From NCBI GenBank assembly GCA_001600815.1, contig BCKZ01000015.1, forward strand, positions 186,001-250,000: a DNA stretch of 64,000 nt, read 5' to 3'. Both the position numbers and the translations under genes were made by a program. The notes under the pieces were generated by a model. That model was given only the letters and a program-made list of their open reading frames with translations. It was not told the DNA's origin and did no database searches. The stretch comes from Alloascoidea hylecoeti. Taxonomy: Eukaryota. Of the stretch, positions 1 to 10,861 are shown in pieces; the stretch's first letter is position 1, and each line of letters opens with the position of its first letter.

Positions 1-401
1 TTCTTGAAAAATTCAGCTAGCTGCACGTTTGGGGACAACTCGGGCTCCCCGTGATTAAACCTGTCTGTGGATGTATGCAACAACGAAAGTTTTGAAGCTG
101 GCGTGGCCGGGGTTTTCACAGCATGACTCTTCTCGTGACTGCTCTCGCCATTGAAGTCATGGCCACCATCTGATAAACTCGGGTATAATGAACGGGATGG
201 AGAGGATCCGTTCTGTTTTGGCTGGTTCTGAAGTTGACTTTTTTCATCCGTCCCAGACTGTTTTTTCACAGGAGACAAGATGCTCTTAATCTTGGAAAAA
301 AGGCCACCAGAGAACGAACGGGCAGCAGGCTGTGGAGAATCATAAGGCGTGGTGGATCTGTCTGCGTACCGTGAAGTAGACGCGACTCTTCGAGAGCTCA
401 T
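1..401 (-). CDS. NUP60: Nucleoporin Nup60-like, 5' part (runs off window start)
   Basis: Not in ORF track. ATG at 401 opens MSSRRVASTSRY...TTPY...GGLFSKIKSILSP...ELSPNVQLAEFFK with no stop to position 1. The amphipathic LFSKIKSIL helix and the PNxxLxxFF motif resemble the Nup60 N-terminus. Confidence 0.6.
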   Translation of the reverse strand, partial: MSSRRVASTSRYADRSTTPYDSPQPAARSFSGGLFSKIKSILSPVKKQSGTDEKSQLQNQPKQNGSSPSRSLYPSLSDGGHDFNGESSHEKSHAVKTPATPASKLSLLHTSTDRFNHGEPELSPNVQLAEFFK

Positions 402-499
402 TTTCCTAAGATATCGATTTGCTTGGAGAAAGAGAAAAGAAGAGATTTCGAATGTTTTTGTTTACTGCTTAAAATGCTTTTTTTTATATCCACTACCCA

Positions 500-507
500 T
501 TACCCGG
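500..507 (+). promoter_or_regulatory. Reb1-type site TTACCCGG in the NUP60/TFC3 divergent promoter
   Basis: Exact match to the Reb1 consensus TTACCCG. The same motif recurs in promoters at 10549-10556, 51206-51213, 59327-59334 and 63348-63355. Confidence 0.6.
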
Positions 508-592
508 CAACTGGATGCCCTAAATCATCATCCATCAGGAATATATTCGCAAACAAAAGAGGTTCACTAAAAAAATTAAAAACTAACATAAA

Positions 593-3500
593 ATGAGCAG
601 TGATACTGTTATTCCAATAGACGAGCTTGTTGACTTTCTATTGGAAGCTGTGGCATTTACAGGATATGAGGGTATGCCAGTAACCATCGTGTAATTGTGT
701 GCTAGGCTGATGATACTAATTATTGACATTTAGGCTGTTCCTTGGAAAAACTATGGTCTTTTACTTCAGAAAAAGTGCCTGACCTAGATGATTGGCTCAA
801 AAGTGTAATATGGCGAGCACTCGTGTCTCAATATAGAGACGTGTTTGTCTTCAACGATGACAAAATGGTATGTTTTCCTTCTATCTTGTAAGTTTGTGGA
901 AACTAATACTAATTTCAATTATCTTAGATTGAAGATAAACAACTTATAAATGATGTGAATAATCTTATACTAAAATATGGCCAAAATATACGTGTTCTTA
1001 CAACAGAAGAAAAGCAATGGAAATCGTTAACATATATGCAAAAGGAAGGAAATCCAATCGGAACATATCCATTTCATTTATTATGTCATATAGCCAGTGC
1101 AGGCCCAAAAGGTATTAGCGGTATTAAGCTTGCTTCACAAAGTGGTCAAGATCCTCGATCTTTATTTAGTAGAATAAAACTTCTAATTGATTATGGTCTT
1201 GTTACAAAGCAACCGTTTGTTTATAAACAAGCTAATACTTTTATATATTATCATTCAACATTTGAAAAGGAAATAAAGTCAGCTGCTCCTGGTGGGAGCG
1301 AATACACAAGAAAGATTTACGAGGCTGTTAGATCTAGTGAAAATCAAATCATATTATTTTCCGATCTTAAAAGGCAGGTTGGTTTCGACCCATCAAATCC
1401 TACTAAATTTGGAAAATCAGTTAGAAGGTTAGAAGGATTGGGATTTTTTAAAAGAGTTAGAGCTAGAAAACCAAATGAAAACCGTCAGTATTATTGTGTT
1501 CAATTAATTCGTGATATAGAAGGGGAAGACGAATTAGAATCTGAAAGTGATTTTGATGATGATAATAATATTGAAGATGAAGAATTAATTAATGAAGAAC
1601 AAAATGCTGATGACAATGATAATGATGCCGGAGGAGAGACAACTCCATTAGGTAACTCTTTTACAATTGCACCAGAAATTGAAAATATAAATAAAAGTTC
1701 CCCACAATACTCAACTTCACTTCAGCTTTATAATCGTTTTTACCCTTTAGAGAATCAATTATATGAACTAGTAAAACAAGATAAACATGGTATATCAACA
1801 ATGAAAATAGTTCGTGCTTCTGTTGGAATTGGATTCTACAGAATTTTCCAAAAAGTGTTGGATGGGTTTTGTTTTACCGAACAACTCCAATCAAATCAAC
1901 CCCCTCATTTAGATCACTTGACTATTACAAGAAGTTATGATTTTAATTCAAAGGTCAAATTCTTTAGATATTTTTCAAACTCACAGATTAAAGAATTACA
2001 AGGCCAACCACCAAATCCAAACTGGGGTACATTTAAACCAATATCAAGATTGGGGATAGAAGAAAAAAGTTTATTTCAACTTAGCAAAGCCAATTATACG
2101 CCTATTGGTGGTGGCGCTTTAATATATCTAGATAAAGATGGTGTTGAAGATTTATTGTGGACGGTTAAACAAAATTTAACTGATAATCTTAAAGCAAATC
2201 ATTTTTATCACTTAAAAAGGATTTTGAGTCCAAAGATTGGTCGTCCAAGGAAAACTCCTTTAAATGAAAATAAACGAACTATATCTCAGCTTGATGAAAA
2301 TGACATTGCTGATGAAACACCGGTTAAGAAAAGTCGTGGTCGTCCAAAAAAGGTAAAGCCAGTAGAAACGCAAACCCCAACAATAAAAAAAGGTCGTGGT
2401 CGTTCAAAGAAAGTACAGTCTTCCAAGAAGGCTAGCAATAAGACTGGCAAGAATAAGGAAATCTCTGTTAATGATAATGATTCTTTGGATACCCATTCTT
2501 CAGATATACAAGAAGTTGAATCACTAATTCAGACAGAAACACCAGGTAGGAAATCAGGAGCCCATCGCTCCAAAAGTGCCCTACCAGCAGAAACTCCTCA
2601 ATCCTTAGTCATAAATTCTCATTCATCAACTCCTTCAACCTTAAAGAAACTTAGTCCATCAAAAATTATTGCACCAGCTAAGAGAAAATCTAGAAGGTTG
2701 ACCCAAACTGTCTTAAGTTTCGGTTCAAAAAAGAAGGAACCTAAACAAATAGTTGTGGAGACCTCTAATGATGTTGTAGTTCAACAGCCACAAGAAGTAC
2801 AAGAAGATATTATTGCGTCTACCCCAAATGAGAATGATGTAGATATGGAACCCAAAGAAGTAACTCCCGCTTTTCAGGTAATCAATTCAGCTAATATTGG
2901 ACAAAATCATGAAGAGGATGTGATTATGGAACCTAGTGAAATTACTAATACTCCATTGCTTGTTTCACCACACCCTCAAATAAACAATTCAACTATTGAT
3001 ACAAATGAGAAGGAAATTCCAACCGAGCCATCTCAAAAACAACATAAAGAAGGAGAAAATAAAAGAATTGGCCCAAGTATTTGGAGAAACCCACGAAACC
3101 GAAGTACTCAAACCCCTACTGGGGTACCATCACCTATCCATATTCCAATGAATTCAACGCCAACGAGGAGAAAGTCGAGAAGTATATCGACTCCAACTCC
3201 AACAGGAGCTGCCTATTCAATTAAAGCTATCAAAAGACAAGATGCATTATTAGAGACAGTTAAAAAAAATGGGGGAGTAACCGCTGGTGGTCAACCATTA
3301 ATTAAAGCAATTAATGATTTATTAACAGGTAACGAACCAAGTAAACTTGATAGAAAAACATTAGATCGAGATATAGATTCATTAATTTCAAAAGGAAAAA
3401 TAGAAAAACATAGGTTTACATTTTTTACTGAGTTGGGTACAGAAAAATCCCGTTATTTATTAATTGATAAACAAACTTATCCACCAGAAGAATTAATTTT

Positions 3501-5481
3501 TAAAAATATTGAAAAATTAAAAGCTTCTAAAAAAGCAATTCAAGTTCCTCCTAAGAAATTAGAAGTTATTGTTTCTGATTTTAAAATATTTGATACAAAT
3601 GCAAAGTATACAAAATATCGTGATCCTAATAAAGTTAAGACTGATTTAAAGAAGAAAGGACGAGTATTACCTTCATTTGAGAATGATAAAGGAACAAGTA
3701 CTCTTGATAAATTGAGACATGAAAGAGATGAAAAATTAGCAAAAAGGAAAGAAAAGGAGAAAAAAGAAATGGAATCAAAAGATAAACCTTCTACTCCAAA
3801 GCGTCTTTCCAGTTCTAGTATTAGTATCAATAACCCTCTTTCTAAAAAAGTTAAACAAACACCTGAAGAAAAACAGAGAGCTCGAACGGCAGTCTGGAGA
3901 AAATTAAAAAATAAAGTTTCTAATGATCCACTTTATGTTATAAGTAGGCATAGACCATTAAATAGTTATCAAAAAGAATTAATGGAAAATGGACAAGATG
4001 AAGATCAAGTTGTAAAGGAGAAATCAAAACGTGGAAAATTAAATTTTGATGAAATTCCAGAAGATATTTTCTTTAAAATTGTTTTAATTTCAAGATCAGT
4101 TAATAATTATCATGCAGATTGGGAATTAATTGGAAATTTTTTTAATAATAAGCATTCAAAAAGTGAATTTAAAAAATTATGGATACGAGTTATAAAAAAA
4201 TATGATGGTAGATTTGGAAGTTATAAAAATTCAAAACAATGGGAAGAAATTGTTTTAGCAGGAGTTCGTGATAAAACTTTTGATGTTACAAAATTAAAAG
4301 AAACAGATCTTCAATATTGTTTAGATTATTGGAATGAACATGATACATTTGAAACAATAAAAACTAGAAATAGTGATTTTGATGATATACCTTCAGATTC
4401 CAAAGATTTAGAAAAAGAATATGAATTTCTTCCAATTATTCATCGTGAAGAAAACTCAACAGTGGAGAATTATTTTGTTTCAAAATCAATGATTCAAAGA
4501 GATTTATTATCATGTCAATTGAGTTTTACCTATAAAGAATCAGATTTAAACGAATCAACAGATATTTTTAAACATCCTAAAAATGATAAAGGAGGTGAAG
4601 AAGAAACAAAAGTTGCTACTGCTATGAAGTCAATTATTGCTACTGAAACCATATCCTATGAACCAAAAATTGCTGCCAATATTTTAGCTCAATTTGATGA
4701 TCGGGTAGTTACTCCAGTTATTAATAAACTTGAAAAATATCATTTAATTTCGTTTTCAGGTAGAAATGTTAGACCACGAAATTTTAATTTCAGTAATGAT
4801 ATAAATATTAAATTACAAGCAGCTAATCCATCAGTAAATTCATCAAATGCTATACTAAAAAATAGTGTTGTCTACTTATCGAATGAATTTTATCATAAAT
4901 TGAACCCCATGTTTGATAGGAAAAAGGGAGTTTTAATATCTCGAGTCATACATGATAGTTCATTCATGTGTATATTTGATTTGATTGCAAGAAATCAGGT
5001 TGATTTGGTACTTGATAATCGAGTTCCGCAACATGTTTTGGAAAATGGTTATCATTCAAGGGGTTTTAAACCTGGAACCTATTTTGATGTTATAGTAAAG
5101 AAGAAAGGTTCAAATGATGATAAAGAAAGCAGTGAATTGATTGAACAAGATTTAAAAGAATTTATATCTGATATTCCAGGAGGAGAAAAATGTAGTAAAA
5201 TATGGATTGATATTAATGGGAATAAAAACATGACATTTTGGAGACTTTTAACTACATCGTTGTTATATTTAATATCTATCCACCCTGGAATTACAAAACC
5301 TTACATATACAATTATTATAAAGAACTTTTAACTTATGATGAGATTGAAGATATTATTGTTTGGTTAAAGAAGCGAAAAGCATTATTTGATGAAAAGTCT
5401 AAAAATGATGTTTATGGTGACAGTGATGGAATACAAGCGTATTGGGTTGATAAATTTTGGTATCATAGGTGGGAATGCTAA
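593..5481 (+). CDS. TFC3: RNA polymerase III transcription factor TFIIIC B-box-binding subunit (tau138); exons 593-671, 734-867, 928-5481
   Basis: Spliced N-terminus MSSDTVIPIDELVDFLLEAVAFTGYEGCSLEKLW. Introns 672-733 (GTATGC..TACTAAT..TAG) and 868-927 (GTATGT..TACTAAT..TAG) join in frame to the 1508-aa ORF. Motifs SGQDPRSL, YNRFYPLENQ, KLDRKT and KIWIDING..FW are typical of Tfc3. Confidence 0.85.
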
Positions 5482-5819
5482 ACATATTATGAATATACAA
5501 GTATAATGTTAATTGTGAAAGAGCTCAAGATTTATTTATAAACAAACTGGCTGCGAAAATACAAGATATCCATATACATATTCAGGAAAAAACCAAAAAG
5601 AAAATAATGAACAATGATAAGTGACGTTATTAACTTTAATTAAAGTCAATAATTAAGTATAAATTTAAAGATTATATATGAACTTGCAATATTTTGATAA
5701 ATAATTTCAAAAGCTAGTTACAGGTAACTAGCGTTAACATTGTGCATATAATATAAAACAGTACCAGCTATCCAGTGTTTCATCCAGCTGAAATCCAATT
5801 TATAATTATAAGTACACAC

Positions 5820-6578
5820 TCGGTCATTAAGGCACCAACTATCTACGTACAATACCATTCGAGGTCTTCTTTATAACTACTAAGAAACCGATATATGTCT
5901 AATCCCTTTGTTTTTTTGATATGATTCCTTTTCACAGAGCCATCTACCAAATTAATTTACAGATAATAGCCAGTAATGGCGTCCTTTGTTGGCGTTTTGG
6001 TGGTGGGTATTATGTTCCAATTATAAACAGCTTCACCCAACAACTAATCTACGAAACAATAAAGCATCTTTGTAAGCTGTCATCCCAACCTGTGCATAGT
6101 AAAGTACCAAGTTAGTTAGCCGACTCTTTTCAGTATCAGTAGAAGTTTAAAACACTTCCTTAGCTCTTGATGCAGATTACCCGCCATTGATAGATTATTG
6201 GATTATTGAAAGGGACAACCCGCCACTAACTAGAAATCTATTTATTCGACATGTTCTGCTCAAGGAAACTTCTTCCTATGTGTTTCAGTAGCCTAGCTTC
6301 CCTGTCTATTGGTGTAAGCTAAGTGCTTTGAAATCTTTTGTTTTATGCCATTGTAGCGGTGAAAAAGAAAACGGAGGCAGACAATTTCTTTGGGGCAGCC
6401 GGTTATAATGGGTTCAACCTTTAAATATATTGGGTATAACCTTAGAGGAGGTCAAGCTCAGCTTCTATCTGACTAAAATTAGAGTGACTATTTAACAAAA
6501 CACTCTATCGACCCATTTGGATACCTTTACTGAGATTCTGGCGCTTAGTAGAGAATCCTTACGTAGTCTACTTTCTCT
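5820..6578 (+). ncRNA. Candidate telomerase RNA (TER/TLC1-like); 5' end approximate
   Basis: No credible ORF. Nested long-range helices: 5843-49/6560-66, 5877-84/6544-51, 5954-70/6461-80, 5981-87/6210-16, 5997-6009/6178-90, 6027-33/6074-80. Template-like AACCCGCCACTAAC at 6217-6230, pseudoknot at 6318-6377, TATAAAA at 5752-58, and ATAAGT..TTAAC..CAG pseudo-intron at 6579-6640. Confidence 0.6.
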
Positions 6579-7379
6579 ATAAGTAAAGTAGCTAGTATTA
6601 ATATTTCAGAAATATAATTAACTCCTTGATTTCATTACAGGCCTAGGGTATTACGATGAGACATTTTAAGGTACAATTTTCTACAATTGCAAGTGTTAAT
6701 TATTTAAAGAAATTGAATTGAATAAAAATAAACAACTCACAAAAGAGATCTAGACGAAATAATGGAGTTAATTATACCATGAAAAGGTCCAATCATGAAC
6801 ATTAAAAGGCATTTGTTTAATATTATAATATTTCATCTAGTAACAGTTTAATTTCTATGAACCAAAAAATTAAGATAATCGATAATTTTCATGATGGATT
6901 GAAAATTGATCATGAAGATCGTGTATTTAAAAATAAAATGTCTTCTTGAATTTAAACAAATTGAGTTAGTTTAATTTTGCGAAGGAGTAATTAATTCGTT
7001 TAGAATTGTGTCGATTACTAGACTAACTACTTTAGTTGTTGTGGGGTGAATGCACATGACAGTGGAAAGATTCTTACTAATTAGCCCCAATACACTTTAC
7101 GAAACTTACCTCTTTTTGTAATTATAAAACAATATAACAAACGATTTATCAAGCACCATATTAAATTAAAGGTTCATCTCGGATCAAATTCACCACTTAA
7201 CTAAACAACTATTGTAATTTGTAGCACTATCAAACTTAAACTCAAAGGATAATAATCCCGGAAAGGAGTTTCAATTGATCTACTTGAGAGAAACTTGACG
7301 GACCTGGACCCTGGTACAATTTCTCCGAGTTTTAGGATATGGTTTTCGCGGCTGAATTTAATTTTAAATCCGTCATACA

Positions 7380-7387
7380 GTCACGTG
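7380..7387 (+). promoter_or_regulatory. Cbf1/bHLH-type E-box GTCACGTG upstream of PDR16
   Basis: RTCACGTG match. The same motif occurs at 28859-28866 (PCT1/ARO10-like divergent promoter) and 36800-36807 (PUT2 promoter). Confidence 0.4.
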
Positions 7388-7885
7388 GTAACACATAATT
7401 GCAAGATGGATATCCAGAATCTAGATCTGATGAAGGAATAGCTGGAGAATGCAATTGTTGTGATATTTCACTGAGCGGTGTCCAAATTCCAATTGCAGGA
7501 TAAAAGAAGTTTGGGGTGGTCTACAGGTGCGAAACTGCTATAATCTGTTCTGGGTCGTGGAGTGGTAAGGCCTGGGAAGAGCGGGCCTGGAAGAGCAGAA
7601 TTGCCCGTGCGAGCGATCTTAGAGCCAATTCTTGCCACCATATACTTGACACAATAGAGCGCAGGCAGTCGTAGAAGGGCGGATCCAAAGACTGTGCTTT
7701 GCTGGGGAAAATTGGGACATGCCGAAAGATCCGAAGGAGTTGTAGGCATAACAGCTCAACTGGCAGGTCCGGCAGCTGCTGAAAATACTTTCCGGCTGCC
7801 GGCTGACTGATCGAAGGCAACCGCATTTCATGTATTTAATTTTTATTTAATTCCATTTAATTTTTACTTCTGTCTGGCTTTATAA

Positions 7886-9091
<1,206 letters not shown>

Positions 9092-9550
9092 TTATGGGGA
9101 CCATTTTTCTTATATACCACAAGTCTCATCAATAAAAGGTAATAAAACTAAAAGACTTCAAAATCATCGATATATACTACCAACCCCCCCATAATTCTGC
9201 CTGTTTTTGCATTTCAATTTTTCATTCTTAAGGCATAAAGTTAAACATATATATTTTATTGATGTGGAAAAGCATTTTGCTACTTTTCTAAATGATATGA
9301 TCATCATCAAAACATCTATGTTTAATCAATATGCAACGTTCAATAAAAGGTGTTACTAATCACTATTTTTTTGATACACTTATTTCTTCCCGTTCGGATC
9401 TTGGTTTTTAACACTTTTTTTAAATTTTGAAAGTTTTTTCTTTTGTACTATATTATAACTAGTTTTAAATATGATTGATTTTAAAGATATATTATACTAT
9501 TAAAACATAATATCTTTGTAGATAATTGTAATAATACATTCCATAATTAT

Positions 9551-10495
9551 TTATTTATTAGTGAAGGGTTTTGCTACTTTTCTATTTTCAACAACCCCGG
9601 TTGTTCCACAAACCATACTTTTCCAATCAATTGGATAAAGTAATTCACCACAACTTCCTTTTCCACTTGAATTTCTTGTACTTGCTCTTGCAAAAACAAC
9701 TCCTAAATCATTCCTTGCTGTTGATAAGTAATAATTGGTTCCATCACCTAATGAAATAACTATTGCTCTTACAATATCACCTGGTTTAAAACTATCAGCA
9801 ATCTGGACTTGATCTCGATTTGTTGATCGAACATCTTGTGAACGAATTATACCTTTAAAACTTTCACCAATATCTGAAACGCCCAATAATCCAGAACTTG
9901 TACCGCCTGTATTATTATTATTACTAGATGTTGGAATTCCATTTGATGAATTACTACCTGTTACTCCAATACCAGAATCATATGAAACTGTACCTTGTCC
10001 TTCAATTATTAAGATTTCAACATGTGCTTTTTGTAATGTAATTTTTGTAACTTTAGCTAAAACTATATCTAAAACTTCTGGTAAAAGAGATGATTTGTGA
10101 AATTTTTTATTTTGTAACGAATTGGTTTTTAAATTTTTTTCATAAACAGATATATTATTATTATAAACATTTATTTGAAAAATTGGAATTTTAATTGGTG
10201 ATTTTTTCAAATTATTCAACTTTTTTAAATTTGTTTCTTTTTTAATAATACCAAGATCATTTTCATTTAATTTTGATTCTTCTTCAATCATTTCTTCTAA
10301 TATAACTTTCCCTAATATTGTTCCAACAATAACTGGAATTTCTCCATGTTCACCATCTTTAGTTTGTAATTTAACAATTTTACACCCATAACCTGGGATA
10401 AATTCTTTTATTATTTTCCCATTTAATTCATCTAGTTCATATAAAGGAGAAATTAATGATCCTGGTGTAATAATCTCTGGTATTTCTATTGTCAT
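9551..10495 (-). CDS. CSL4: RNA exosome cap subunit Csl4 (S1 domain)
   Basis: LPEVLDIVLAKVTKI, FKGIIRSQDVRST, SFKPGDIVRAIVISLGDGTNYYLSTARNDLGVVFA and ENRKVAKP. Confidence 0.92.
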   Translation of the reverse strand: MTIEIPEIITPGSLISPLYELDELNGKIIKEFIPGYGCKIVKLQTKDGEHGEIPVIVGTILGKVILEEMIEEESKLNENDLGIIKKETNLKKLNNLKKSPIKIPIFQINVYNNNISVYEKNLKTNSLQNKKFHKSSLLPEVLDIVLAKVTKITLQKAHVEILIIEGQGTVSYDSGIGVTGSNSSNGIPTSSNNNNTGGTSSGLLGVSDIGESFKGIIRSQDVRSTNRDQVQIADSFKPGDIVRAIVISLGDGTNYYLSTARNDLGVVFARASTRNSSGKGSCGELLYPIDWKSMVCGTTGVVENRKVAKPFTNK

Positions 10496-10548
10496 TATTT
10501 TAGTTATAAATTTAAACTAAAATAATTTTTAAAACGTAAAATCGATAT

Positions 10549-10556
10549 CCGGGTAA
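10549..10556 (-). promoter_or_regulatory. Reb1-type site (CCGGGTAA) abutting ATCGATATC in the CSL4/BRE1 divergent promoter
   Basis: Sequence ATCGATATCCGGGTAA at 10541-10556. Confidence 0.6.
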
Positions 10557-10861
10557 TAATTTGATTAGAAAAATAAAATGTACGGATGTTTTCTTTTTTT
10601 TTTATTTTTTCCCTCATTTGTGTTTAATCTGAGTAAATACTACCTTTTCCCTCATAATTCGTTGTTCTTCACCATCTTTCATTCTTAAAAAATCTAGAAT
10701 AATAACACTTACAATCCTGTAATTTTATCTGTTATTTATATTCCGTGGGTATATATATACACAGTGTTATTGCTTCCTGTATCTATTTTATTATTTTTCT
10801 TTAAATATATTTTGATTGTGTGGGTATAGATTTAGTTATCCTGGATAACGAACACTACATT

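Noticed and set aside
6383..6393. AATTTCTTTGG as the Sm site / 3' end of the TER candidate
   Set aside because: It is interrupted by C and lies upstream of the 3' strands of the terminal helices (6461-6566), so it cannot be the mature end in this model.
7084..7112. ACTTACCT (about 7104-7111) as a U1 snRNA 5' end
   Set aside because: It is followed by AT-rich sequence with no U1 stem-loops or Sm site.
7468..7831. Three overlapping minus-strand ORFs in the GC-rich PDR16 upstream region
   Set aside because: No protein motifs; explained by GC-rich promoter sequence with few stop codons.
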